This document shows positions 18,126-27,203 of a stretch of DNA of 64,000 nt, one piece after another (position 1 is the stretch's first letter; every line of letters starts with the position of its first letter). The stretch is from Nitratireductor sp. (GTDB lineage Bacteria > Pseudomonadota > Alphaproteobacteria > Rhizobiales > Rhizobiaceae). The notes under the pieces were generated by a model. It saw nothing but the letters and a program-made list of their open reading frames with translations, did not search any database and was not told the origin of the DNA. The position numbers and the translations under genes are program-made. Where the stretch lies: contig JAGRLT010000073.1 of assembly GCA_020441665.1 (NCBI GenBank), positions 33,254 to 97,253 on the forward strand, read 5' to 3'.

Positions 18126-18844
18126 GCGCGGCCGCGAGCCGCGCACCTTCCTTTCCGCCGCTCTTTCGCGGCGAGGCCGTTGCGCCGAAATCCGATCCCT
18201 TCCGCGCCGCCTGCCGGATCGCCGCGGCGGGAACGGATCCCGGCCTCGTACTGTATGCCGTCACCGGTGACGCTCTGCGCGCCGCCATCGTCTTCGCCCC
18301 GGAAGTGCCATTGCGCGAGGCGGTCGCGGTCCTGCCCATCTGCGGCATCGGCTTTCAGAACGCCTTCGGCGCACTCGCCCCGCCCGAAGTCGCGCTGCAT
18401 CTGCAATGGGACGGGACGATCCGGATCAACGGTGCACGCTGCGGCATGCTGCGCATGGCCGCCTCCATACGGGACGCGGAAGCCGAACCCGACTGGCTCG
18501 TCTGCGGCCTTGATCTTGCCCTTGCCAGCCGGACGCAGAACCCCGGCAACGATCCCGGCCGCACATCGCTGGCCGAGGAAGGCTGCGGTGCGATCGACCC
18601 GCTAAGCCTGATCGAGGCCTGGACGCGCCACACCCTCTATTGGCTCAACCGCTGGATGGAGGATGGCGCCCGCCCGTTGTACGCCGAATGGCTCGGCCTT
18701 GCCCACGATGTCGGAAAGACGATAGAGATCGGCGGCAGGAGCGGCGTCTTCACCGGTCTTGACGAACGCCTCGGCCTGCTGTTCGAAACTGCGGGCGGCA
18801 CGGAATTGATCCCGCTCACCGCCCTTGTCGAAAGGACCGCATGA
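18122..18844 (+). CDS. Biotin/lipoate protein ligase (BPL_LplA_LipB)-like family protein, 240 aa
   Basis: Overlaps the mrp stop (ATGA). The sequence resembles DUF4444/BPL-like proteins found next to Mrp in fdh clusters. This is from memory, and I could not verify catalytic residues. Confidence 0.5.
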   Translation: MSAAASRAPSFPPLFRGEAVAPKSDPFRAACRIAAAGTDPGLVLYAVTGDALRAAIVFAPEVPLREAVAVLPICGIGFQNAFGALAPPEVALHLQWDGTIRINGARCGMLRMAASIRDAEAEPDWLVCGLDLALASRTQNPGNDPGRTSLAEEGCGAIDPLSLIEAWTRHTLYWLNRWMEDGARPLYAEWLGLAHDVGKTIEIGGRSGVFTGLDERLGLLFETAGGTELIPLTALVERTA

Positions 18845-19320
18845 AGCTCGCCCGCGCCATCCATCTCGATGACAGCGACCGCAATGTCTATCATGCGCCG
18901 GCGCGTACCGGCGAATGGTGCGTTTCGGGCGGGTTCGAGTTTTCCGACTGGACGCAGGACGACCTTGCCGGCAAAGCGCGCCAGGCCTTCGCCAATGGCT
19001 GGCTCGGCGTCGAGACCTTCGGCCGCGTCACCTTCGTCGCGATCACCCGGATCGAGCCGTCGGAATTCAACATGCTGGCCCAACGCCTGGCGGCGCATTT
19101 CGTCGACTATTACGGCGCGCCGGCGATCGAGGCGGCGCTTCCCGTTGCCCGCGACGAACTCGCTTTCATGGCCGGCCTTTGCGAGGAGCATGACGACAAC
19201 GCCCTGCTGACCGTGCTGCGCGAACTGGACGCCGACGGCGTGCGCGAGAGCTATCGGGTGATCGAGGTGCCGGCGGCCGAGCTCGACCTGGTCGCCATGC
19301 ACGGCCATATGGAGCCGTGA
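18841..19320 (+). CDS. Conserved hypothetical protein, 159 aa (DUF6505-like)
   Basis: ATGA overlap with the upstream gene. No motif recognised. Confidence 0.5.
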   Translation: MKLARAIHLDDSDRNVYHAPARTGEWCVSGGFEFSDWTQDDLAGKARQAFANGWLGVETFGRVTFVAITRIEPSEFNMLAQRLAAHFVDYYGAPAIEAALPVARDELAFMAGLCEEHDDNALLTVLRELDADGVRESYRVIEVPAAELDLVAMHGHMEP

Positions 19321-20204
19321 ACATGGCGGAACATCAATATCTCACCACCAGGGAAGTCGGCGAACTGCTGCGCATCAAGGAGCGCAAAGTCTACGACCTC
19401 GCCTCATCCGGCGCGCTGCCCTGCACGCGCGCCATCGGCAAGCTGCTGTTCCCGCGCGAGGAGATTCTCGCCTGGCTGGCGGAAAATTCGTCGACGGCGG
19501 AGATGGCCAAGCCGCTGGCCAGGCCGCCGGTACTTCTCGGCAGCCACGATCCGCTGCTTGAATGGGCGATCCGCGAATCGCGCTGCGGGCTTGCGACCCT
19601 GCTCGATTCGAGTGGCGACGGCCTGACCCGTTTCGCCGCCGGTGAGGGTATCGCCACCGGCCTGCACCTGCCCGGCAACGGCAGTGACGACTGGAATGTC
19701 GACGCGGTCCGCGACCGCTTCGCCGCGCGCCCGGTCGTTCTCTTCGAATGGGCAAGGCGCGTGCGCGGCATCGCGGTGCACGAGGCAGTCGGCGAGCCGC
19801 CCGCCGGGCTTGCGGCGCTGGGCGGCCTGCGCCTCGTGCCGCGCCAGAGCGATGCGGGAACGCAGATCTTCTTCGAACATCTGCTCGCCGCCGCCGGCAT
19901 CGGCGCGGACCGGTTGACCCTGACCGCGCCGGCGCTGAGCGAGAACGACCAGATCGCTGCCGTCGCAACCGGCCGGGCGGAGGCGGCCTTTGCGCTCGAA
20001 AGCCTGGCGGCAAGCTACAAGCTGCGCTTTACCGCCCTTGCCGCCGAGCGCTTCGATCTGCTGGTCGACCGCAAGGCGTGGTTCGAGCCGCCCTGGCAGA
20101 AACTCCTGGCCTTTACCCGCAGCCCGGCCTTCGCCGCCCGTGCCGCCGAACTGCCCGGCTATGACATCGCCGGGCTGGGCACGGTGCACTTCAACGGGGC
20201 ATGA
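19317..20204 (+). CDS. Transcriptional regulator: excisionase/MerR-type HTH fused to a periplasmic-binding-protein-like (oxyanion-binding) domain, 295 aa
   Basis: N-terminal YLTTREVGELLRIKERKVYDLASSGALP HTH, followed by a PBP-like region (PVLLGSHDPLLEW...). It sits between the fdh accessory genes and tupBCA. Confidence 0.7.
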   Translation: MNMAEHQYLTTREVGELLRIKERKVYDLASSGALPCTRAIGKLLFPREEILAWLAENSSTAEMAKPLARPPVLLGSHDPLLEWAIRESRCGLATLLDSSGDGLTRFAAGEGIATGLHLPGNGSDDWNVDAVRDRFAARPVVLFEWARRVRGIAVHEAVGEPPAGLAALGGLRLVPRQSDAGTQIFFEHLLAAAGIGADRLTLTAPALSENDQIAAVATGRAEAAFALESLAASYKLRFTALAAERFDLLVDRKAWFEPPWQKLLAFTRSPAFAARAAELPGYDIAGLGTVHFNGA

Positions 20205-20216
20205 GGCCGCCGGGCT

Positions 20217-21032
20217 CTATTCGGCATCCGGGAAGAACAATTGCTGGCCGTCGATCTGATAGCCGCCGATCGCCTTCTGGCCGTCGTCCGACAACAGCCA
20301 GTCGATAAAGGCCTGGCCGTCGGCCTGTTTGACGGTCGGGCATTTGTCCGGGTTCACCAGGATGACGCCATACTGGTTGAACATCTCGGGATCGCCCTCC
20401 ACCGCGATCTGGTAGTCGCCCTTGTTGCCGAAGGAAATCCAGGTCGCCCGGTCGGTCATCACATAGGCGCCCATGCCGATACCGGCATTGAGCGTCGCCC
20501 CCATGCCGGATCCCGTCGAGCGGTACCACTCGCCGGAAGGTTCGATGCCGGCGGCCTTCCACAGCGACATTTCCTTCTTGTGGGTGCCCGAATCGTCGCC
20601 GCGCGAGGCAAAGGCAGCCCCCGACTGCGACAGCTTGGCGAGCGCCGCCTTGACATCGTTCATGCCGGCGACCCCGGCCGGATCGGCCTGCGGCCCGACG
20701 ATGATGAAATCGTTGTACATCAGGTCCGAACGGGTGACGCCATAGCCCTCGGCAACGAATTTCTCCTCCGCCGCCTTGGCATGCACCAGCAACACGTCAC
20801 CATCGCAATTCTGGGCGTTCTTGATCGCCTGGCCGGTCCCCACCGCGACCACATTGACCTTGATGCCGCTCGCCTTCTCGAACTCAGGTAACAGATAGTC
20901 GTAGAGGCCGGAATTCGCCGTCGAGGTGGTGGACTGCACCAGGATGGACTTGTCCTGCGCCTGGGCGCCGCCCGCAAGGGCCATGGCGCCGGTAAGGGCG
21001 AGGAGGTGAAGGGAAGAGGAAAAACGCGTCAT
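20217..21032 (-). CDS. tupA: Tungstate ABC transporter substrate-binding protein (TupA-like), 271 aa
   Basis: Signal peptide, then ILVQSTTSTANSGLYDYLLPEFEK, which resembles the TupA-type anion-binding motif. Confidence 0.75.
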   Translation of the reverse strand: MTRFSSSLHLLALTGAMALAGGAQAQDKSILVQSTTSTANSGLYDYLLPEFEKASGIKVNVVAVGTGQAIKNAQNCDGDVLLVHAKAAEEKFVAEGYGVTRSDLMYNDFIIVGPQADPAGVAGMNDVKAALAKLSQSGAAFASRGDDSGTHKKEMSLWKAAGIEPSGEWYRSTGSGMGATLNAGIGMGAYVMTDRATWISFGNKGDYQIAVEGDPEMFNQYGVILVNPDKCPTVKQADGQAFIDWLLSDDGQKAIGGYQIDGQQLFFPDAE

Positions 21033-21829
21033 GCTTGGCTCCTGTGGATTTGAAACTGGTGCGGCAGCCGGCCTTCGAGATAGGCCTGCGCCACCGCGGA
21101 TCGGGGGTTGTTGAAAAAGCTGTCGGTGGGGGCCGCTTCCGCCTTGCGACCACGGTCGATGAACACCACCTCGCCGGCAAGGCGCTTCGCCTGGCCCAGA
21201 TCATGGGTCACCATGACGACCTTGGTGCCGGCGGCGACCGCGTCGAGCACGATTTCCTCGATCGCCTGGATCGAGGCGGGATCGAGGCTGGCGGTCGCCT
21301 CGTCGAGAAACAGCAATTGCGGCGCGCGCGCCAGCGCCATCGCCAGCATCAGCCGCTGCTGTTCGCCCCCCGAGAGCAGCCGCGCCGCCCGGCCCGCCGC
21401 ATCGGCCAGACCGACGCGAAAGAGCGCGTCCTCCGCCCGTTCGCGGTCGTGAATGCCGTGGCTTGCCAGCGCGAAGACCACATTGTCGAGCGCGTTGCGC
21501 CTGAGCAGCACCGGCTTTTGAAACACCATGGCCTGCAGCTTGCGATGGGCGGGCGAAAGCGCCTCGCCATGCCACAGGATTTCGCCGGAGGATGGCCGGA
21601 TCAGCCCGTGCAGAAGGCGCAGGAGCAGGCTCTTTCCCGCACCATTGTAGCCGATCACCGCCGTGATGCCGCCGCGCACCAGATCGAGCGAGATGCCGTC
21701 GATCAGCGGTCTGCCGCCGGCTCGGTAGGTCAGGTTCCGGCAGGACAGGGCATGGTGTCCGGGCAACCCCGCCCCGACCAGTTTGAGGTGCCCGCGCCCG
21801 GCCTCGGCTTTCGTTTCGCCGTCACGCAT
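21029..21829 (-). CDS. tupC: ABC transporter ATP-binding protein (TupC-like), 266 aa
   Basis: Walker A GYNGAGKSLL, signature LSGGEQQR and Walker B LLFLDE. It overlaps both neighbouring genes. Confidence 0.85.
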   Translation of the reverse strand: MRDGETKAEAGRGHLKLVGAGLPGHHALSCRNLTYRAGGRPLIDGISLDLVRGGITAVIGYNGAGKSLLLRLLHGLIRPSSGEILWHGEALSPAHRKLQAMVFQKPVLLRRNALDNVVFALASHGIHDRERAEDALFRVGLADAAGRAARLLSGGEQQRLMLAMALARAPQLLFLDEATASLDPASIQAIEEIVLDAVAAGTKVVMVTHDLGQAKRLAGEVVFIDRGRKAEAAPTDSFFNNPRSAVAQAYLEGRLPHQFQIHRSQA

Positions 21830-22529
21830 AGCCGAGCCTCGAAGCAGACAGCCGCAGGCTCGACACCAGCCCGTTGACGGCCAGCGCGATCACCAGCAGC
21901 ACCATGCCGAGCGCCATGGCGAGCTGCAGATTGCCCTTGGAGGTTTCCAGCGCGATCGCCGTCGTCATCACCCTCGTCAGATGCTCGATATTGCCGCCGA
22001 CGATGATGACGGCGCCCACTTCCGCCACCGAGCGGCCGAAGGCGGCGAGCGCCACGGTGATCAGCGAGTAGCGTCCGTCCCACAGGATCGCCCTCACCTG
22101 CCCCATGCGGCCAAGTCCCAGCGAAGCGAAGTGCTCGCCATATTCGCCATGCAGGTCTTCCAGCACCTGCCGCGACAGGGCGGCGACAATCGGCGTGATC
22201 AGGATCGTCTGGGCAAGGATCATCGCGGTCGGCGTATAGAGCAGCCCGAGCCAGCCGAACGGCCCGGCCCGCGACAGGTTGAGATAGACGAACAGCCCGA
22301 CCACCACCGGCGGCAGGCCCATCATGGCATTGACGAGGATGATCAGCGCCTGGCGCCCCGAAAACCGCGCCACGGCAAGCCACGCGCCGAGCAGCAGTCC
22401 GATCAGGCAGGAAAGCAGGGTCGCCGTCAGGCTGACGCGCAGCGACAGGCCGACGATCTCGACAAAGCCTGCGTCGAGCGCGAGGATCTGGCGAAACGAA
22501 TCCGCGAAGGCCCGGGCAAAGTCCTGCAT
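21822..22529 (-). CDS. tupB: ABC transporter permease (TupB-like), 235 aa
   Basis: Five to six TM helices and a permease EAA-type loop. It is the first gene of the tupB-C-A operon. Confidence 0.8.
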   Translation of the reverse strand: MQDFARAFADSFRQILALDAGFVEIVGLSLRVSLTATLLSCLIGLLLGAWLAVARFSGRQALIILVNAMMGLPPVVVGLFVYLNLSRAGPFGWLGLLYTPTAMILAQTILITPIVAALSRQVLEDLHGEYGEHFASLGLGRMGQVRAILWDGRYSLITVALAAFGRSVAEVGAVIIVGGNIEHLTRVMTTAIALETSKGNLQLAMALGMVLLVIALAVNGLVSSLRLSASRLGYA

Positions 22530-22574
22530 AATTTCCGTTCTTCTCCTTTTTCGGAAATTATGCAGGACTTTGCC
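22515..22574 (-). promoter_or_regulatory. 23-bp perfect inverted repeat with a 14-nt spacer, spanning the tupB SD and start codon (candidate translational hairpin or operator)
   Basis: Read directly: ggcaaagtcctgcataatttccg (22515-22537) is the exact reverse complement of cggaaattatgcaggactttgcc (22552-22574). On the mRNA the loop is AAAAAGGAGAAGAA (containing the SD) and the AUG lies in the 3' arm. Confidence 0.7.
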
Positions 22575-22923
22575 ACGTCGATCCGACGAATGGCAAGCGT
22601 CATGGCGCCATATTCGCGCGGAAACGGAACATTTCCGCCACCGGTGACGGACCGATCATACCGGGCTCGCCCGGTGTGAAGACCCGCGACACGATCGGGT
22701 TCGCGGCAAGGCCATCACCCCATTTTGGTCGGCATTTCGTGGTCGGATGAGGGCAAGGATATCGCTTCGGACAAGCCGGCAGCGATACGGCGCAAGCGCC
22801 AGCCGGTCGCCGGCCTGTCGCCGGGCTGAACGCCCGCTGAACAGGCGCTTCATCGGCGGTTGGGGCATATCTTGCTATGACGGGACTGTCATCGTATGGC
22901 GGCAAGGAGGCGAGGAAAGCACC

Positions 22924-23415
22924 ATGAACATGCCCGACAGGTTGAAGATTGCGGCGCTCGCCGCGCTGATGCTGCTTCCCGCGGCCGCCCAGGGTCGGGC
23001 CCAGGGAGCGGTTCCCGAAAGCGGTACACGGCAATGCCCGCCGGGCTTCGTCTGCGCGCCAGCGCCGGCACAAAGGGTTCCGCCCGGCTATTATCGCAAC
23101 GATACGCCAGGAGCGATCGGTGGCGGCAGCGGTGGCGCCAGCGGCGGCAATAGTGGCCACGCTGCGGGCCGTTCGGGCGGCGGCATCTATACCAACGAGC
23201 TCCCCCGGCAAAATCCGCCGGCCAATTTCCCGGCCCATCGCAATGTCAGTTGCGAAACGGCCCGCCAGATATTGCTGGCCGACGGCTATCGCCGCATCCG
23301 GACCGCCTTCTGCTTCGGCAGCCAGTACGGCTTTCGCGCCAAGCGGGGCGGCACATGGTACTTCGTCGTGATTCGCAGATCGGACGGCAGGATCGTGTCC
23401 GTGCAGCTCCTGTAG
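22924..23415 (+). CDS. Secreted hypothetical protein, 163 aa, with a Gly/Ser-rich middle region
   Basis: SD GGAGG upstream. Signal peptide MNMPDRLKIAALAALMLLPAAAQG. The C-terminal block is YGFRAKRGGTWYFVVIRRSDGRIVSVQLL. Confidence 0.55.
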   Translation: MNMPDRLKIAALAALMLLPAAAQGRAQGAVPESGTRQCPPGFVCAPAPAQRVPPGYYRNDTPGAIGGGSGGASGGNSGHAAGRSGGGIYTNELPRQNPPANFPAHRNVSCETARQILLADGYRRIRTAFCFGSQYGFRAKRGGTWYFVVIRRSDGRIVSVQLL

Positions 23416-23611
23416 CCGGCCTCGACCGCATGAATGACCGCCGGCGTCGAAACGCGACCTTGTCCCGATCGGGCAACAAACCACGGCGGCCTGAGGACTA
23501 ATTTCCCCCATAAGCTTTACAAGCGCGATGAACCCCGTCTAACCTTTCCGCTGAGGAGACGGCGAAATCGGCAACGTGCCGGCATCGCCGTGCATACTGG
23601 GAGGAGCGGGC

Positions 23612-24592
23612 ATGCACCCTGTCTTGGCGACGGTCCTGCAACGGCTTGCATTGGGGGTTGCGACCCTCATCATGGTCTCGATCATCATCTTTTCGTCCAT
23701 CTCGCTGCTGCCGGGAGACTTCGGCCAGGCGGTTCTGGGACAGGCCGCCACTGAGGATACGGTGGCCGCCTTCCGCCGCGAGCTCGGCCTCGATAAGCCC
23801 GCCCCCGTGCGCTATGTCGAATGGTTCACCTCGGCCCTGCAGGGCGATTTCGGCACGTCGTTTTCGGGCCGTGCCGCCTCCGGCGTCGACCGCTCCCGCC
23901 CGGTGGTCGACCTGATCGGACCACGCCTGAAGAACACGCTCTTCCTGGCGGTCTATGCGGCGCTGATATCGGTGCCGCTTGCCCTCTTCCTCGGCATCAC
24001 CGCCGCGCTCTACCGAAACTCGATCTACGACCGGATGGTCAATGCGGCGACGCTGACGACGATCTCGACGCCGGAATTCTTCGTCGCCTATATCCTGATC
24101 CTGCTGCTCGCCTCGCTCAATCCGATCTTTCCATCGCTTGCCAACGTCACCATCGACACGCCCTTCCTCGAACGCGTCTACCGCACGTCGCTGCCGGCCC
24201 TCACGCTCACCCTCGTCATCGTCGCCCATATGATGCGCATGACCCGGGCCGCCATCATCAACCTGCTGGCAAGCCCCTATATCGAGATGGCGCGTCTCAA
24301 GGGCGCCTCGCCGCGCGAGGTCATTATCAAGCATGCGCTGCCCAATGCCTGGGCGCCGATCGCCACCGTCATCGCCTTCAACCTCGCTTATCTCGTCGTC
24401 GGCGTCGTCGTGGTGGAGGCCGTCTTCGTCTATCCGGGCGTCGGCCAGTTGATGGTCGATGCGGTGACGACCCGCGACATCCCGGTGGTCCAGGCCTGCG
24501 CGCTGATCTTCGCCGCCACCTACATCATCCTGAACCTGATCGCCGACATCGTCGGCATCGTCACCAATCCCCGCTTGCTGCATCCGAGGTAG
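23612..24592 (+). CDS. ABC transporter permease (DppB/OppB-like), 326 aa
   Basis: MHPVLATVLQRLALGVATLIMVSIIIFSSISLLPGDF is a typical DppB N-terminus. SD GGGAGGAG upstream. Confidence 0.88.
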   Translation: MHPVLATVLQRLALGVATLIMVSIIIFSSISLLPGDFGQAVLGQAATEDTVAAFRRELGLDKPAPVRYVEWFTSALQGDFGTSFSGRAASGVDRSRPVVDLIGPRLKNTLFLAVYAALISVPLALFLGITAALYRNSIYDRMVNAATLTTISTPEFFVAYILILLLASLNPIFPSLANVTIDTPFLERVYRTSLPALTLTLVIVAHMMRMTRAAIINLLASPYIEMARLKGASPREVIIKHALPNAWAPIATVIAFNLAYLVVGVVVVEAVFVYPGVGQLMVDAVTTRDIPVVQACALIFAATYIILNLIADIVGIVTNPRLLHPR

Positions 24593-24598
24593 AGGCAG

Positions 24599-25555
24599 AT
24601 GAGTTCCGACAAGACACAAGCCGCCCAATCCGCCGGTGCCGCCGCGGAGGAAACCTATTCTGCAGCCGCCGAAGTCGGCGCGGTCCGCAAGCGGCGCACC
24701 CGGCTGGAGCGCATCTGGATCGGCCTGAAAAAGGCACCGCTATCGGCCTGGTTCGGCATGACCGTCATTCTGATTTATTGCCTGGTCGCGCTGTTCGCTC
24801 CGCTGCTGGCCCCCTATGGCGAGGCACAGGTCTTCCCGGTCCCCTACGGCCCCTGGGACGCAGAACACATTTTCGGCACCGACCAGATCGGCCGCGATGT
24901 TCTTTCCCGCCTCATCTACGGCGCCCGCAATACGATGGGCATCGCGCTGGTCACCACGTTTCTTTCCTTCCTGATCGGCGGCGGTCTGGGCCTCGTTGCC
25001 GCCATCAACCGATCATGGATCGACCAGATCCTCAGCCGCTTCATCGACATCCTGATGGCGATACCGAGCCTGATCTTCGCCCTCATGCTGCTGTCGATCT
25101 TCGGCTCGACGGTCTCGAGCCTGATCATCATCATCGCCATCCTCGATTCGACCCGCGTCTTCCGCCTGACCCGCGCCGTCGCGGTCAGCGTTGCCGTGAT
25201 GGACTATGTGGAAGCTGCCCGCCTGCGCGGAGAGGGGCTCGGCTGGGTGATGCGGCGCGAAATCCTGCCCAACATCATGCCGCCGCTGGTCGCCGAATTC
25301 GGCCTGCGCTTCTGCTTCGTCTTCCTGACGATTGCAGCACTTTCCTTCCTCGGCGTCGGCATCCAGCCGCCCACCGCGGACTGGGGATCGATGGTGCGCG
25401 ACAATGCCTCCCTGATCCAGTTCGCCCAATACGACCTGAAGGCCGGGATCACCCCCCTGCTCCCGGCAGCCGCGATCGCACTGCTGACCGTGGCGGTAAA
25501 TTTCGTGGTCGACTGGTTCCTGCACAAAACGAGCGGATTGCGCGATGAGCACTGA
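24599..25555 (+). CDS. ABC transporter permease (DppC/OppC-like), 318 aa
   Basis: Contains the block HIFGTDQIGRDVLSRLIYGARNT, typical of DppC-type permeases. Confidence 0.88.
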   Translation: MSSDKTQAAQSAGAAAEETYSAAAEVGAVRKRRTRLERIWIGLKKAPLSAWFGMTVILIYCLVALFAPLLAPYGEAQVFPVPYGPWDAEHIFGTDQIGRDVLSRLIYGARNTMGIALVTTFLSFLIGGGLGLVAAINRSWIDQILSRFIDILMAIPSLIFALMLLSIFGSTVSSLIIIIAILDSTRVFRLTRAVAVSVAVMDYVEAARLRGEGLGWVMRREILPNIMPPLVAEFGLRFCFVFLTIAALSFLGVGIQPPTADWGSMVRDNASLIQFAQYDLKAGITPLLPAAAIALLTVAVNFVVDWFLHKTSGLRDEH

Positions 25556-27185
25556 CAACGGCACAAAGAAGGGCGATATCCTCGTCGAAATGAAGGATAT
25601 CCGCATCAACGGATTTTCCGACGAGCGCTGGCACGAGATCATCAAGGGCGTCGATCTGACCCTCAGACGCGGCGAGGTGATGGGGCTGATCGGCGAATCG
25701 GGTGCCGGCAAGTCGACGTTGGGCAAGGCGGCCATGGGCTACACCCAGCCGGGCTGCAAGCTCGTCGGCGGCACGATCCTGTTCGACGGCATTGACCTGG
25801 CCCATGCCAGCGACGGCCAGAAGCGCGAGCTCTGGGGCTCGCGCATCGCCTATGTGGCGCAATCGGCCGCCGCCTCCTTCAACCCCGCCCACCGCCTGAT
25901 CGACCAGACGGTCGAGGCCACCGTCTCGCACCATGTGCGCCCCGCCAGGGAAGCCCGCGCGGATGCCGTCGAACTGTTCCGTTCGCTGCAGCTTCCCATG
26001 CCCGACACGATCGGCTCGCGCTATCCCCACCAGGTCTCCGGCGGCCAGTTGCAGCGCATCATGACCGCCATGGCGATGTCGCCGCGGCCCGATCTCATCA
26101 TCTTCGACGAGCCGACCACCGCGCTCGACGTCACCACCCAGGTCGAGGTGCTGGCCGCCATGCGCTCGATCGTCGAGGAGTTCAACACCGCGGCGATCTA
26201 CATCACCCACGACCTCGCCGTCGTCGCCCAGATGGCCGACTTCATCAAGGTGCTGCGCTATGGCGAGGAGGTCGAGGAGGCTGAAACCCGCAAGATGCTG
26301 TCGAAGCCCGAACAGGCCTATACCAGGTCGCTCTGGGCGGTGCGTTCGATCGAAAAGCCCGAGCAGCCATCCGACGACATCGCGCTCGAAATCGCCGATG
26401 TCGATGCCGCCTATGGCGGCCGCGTCAAGGTGCTGCACGACGTGTCGATCCGCCTGCCGCGCGGCAGGACGGTCGCCGTGGTCGGTGAATCGGGCTCCGG
26501 CAAGTCCACCACTGCCCGGGTGATCACCGGGCTTCTGCCGCCGATCAAGGGCGAGGTGCGCTTCAACGGCCAGCCGCTGCCCCGCGCGCTCAAGGACCGC
26601 AACCGCGATCAGTTGCGCCGCATTCAGATGATCTACCAGATGGCCGACACCGCGATGAACCCGCGCCAGACCGTCGGCGACATCATCGGCCGGCCGGTGC
26701 AGTTCTACCTCGGCAAGCGCGGCCGCGAGGTCGAGAAACGCGTCATCGAACTGCTTCAACTGATCGAGCTCGACGAAAGCTTCATCGACCGCCTGCCGGG
26801 AGAGCTTTCCGGCGGCCAGAAGCAGCGCATCTGCATTGCCCGCGCACTCGCCGCCGAGCCCGAAATCATCATCTGCGACGAGGTGACCTCGGCACTCGAC
26901 CAGATCGTCCAGGAAGGGATCCTGAAACTGCTTCTGCGCCTGCAGAAGGAACTGGGCCTGACCTATCTCTTCATCACCCACGACATCGCCACCGTGCGGG
27001 CGATCTCGGACGAGATCGTCGTCATGTTCCAGGGCAAGGTGGTCGAACAGGGGCCGAAGAGCGAAATCCTCGCCCCGCCCCATCCCGACTATACCGAACT
27101 GCTGCTCTCCTCGGTGCCGGAGATGGATCCCGACTGGCTGACGCAACTGCTGAAGAGCCGCCGCGCCGAGCAGGCCGCCGGATAG
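25545..27185 (+). CDS. Fused double ABC ATPase (DppD/DppF-like), 546 aa
   Basis: Two Walker A motifs (GESGAGKST, GESGSGKST), two signature motifs (VSGGQLQR, LSGGQKQR) and two Walker B motifs. Confidence 0.9.
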   Translation: MSTDNGTKKGDILVEMKDIRINGFSDERWHEIIKGVDLTLRRGEVMGLIGESGAGKSTLGKAAMGYTQPGCKLVGGTILFDGIDLAHASDGQKRELWGSRIAYVAQSAAASFNPAHRLIDQTVEATVSHHVRPAREARADAVELFRSLQLPMPDTIGSRYPHQVSGGQLQRIMTAMAMSPRPDLIIFDEPTTALDVTTQVEVLAAMRSIVEEFNTAAIYITHDLAVVAQMADFIKVLRYGEEVEEAETRKMLSKPEQAYTRSLWAVRSIEKPEQPSDDIALEIADVDAAYGGRVKVLHDVSIRLPRGRTVAVVGESGSGKSTTARVITGLLPPIKGEVRFNGQPLPRALKDRNRDQLRRIQMIYQMADTAMNPRQTVGDIIGRPVQFYLGKRGREVEKRVIELLQLIELDESFIDRLPGELSGGQKQRICIARALAAEPEIIICDEVTSALDQIVQEGILKLLLRLQKELGLTYLFITHDIATVRAISDEIVVMFQGKVVEQGPKSEILAPPHPDYTELLLSSVPEMDPDWLTQLLKSRRAEQAAG

Positions 27186-27203
27186 CGCGGCTCCCGCTGC
27201 TGT

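Noticed and set aside
22575-22923. A molybdenum-cofactor (Moco) riboswitch in the long tupB leader
   Set aside because: The context is plausible, but I could not recognise the conserved Moco-motif helices and nucleotides by eye. This is an untested possibility that needs an Rfam or Infernal scan, not a call.
22600-23511. A 303-aa minus-strand ORF and other ORFs across 22.6-23.5 kb
   Set aside because: It is antisense to, or overlaps, the signal-peptide protein gene (22924..23415) and the tupB leader. The composition is typical of spurious high-GC ORFs.
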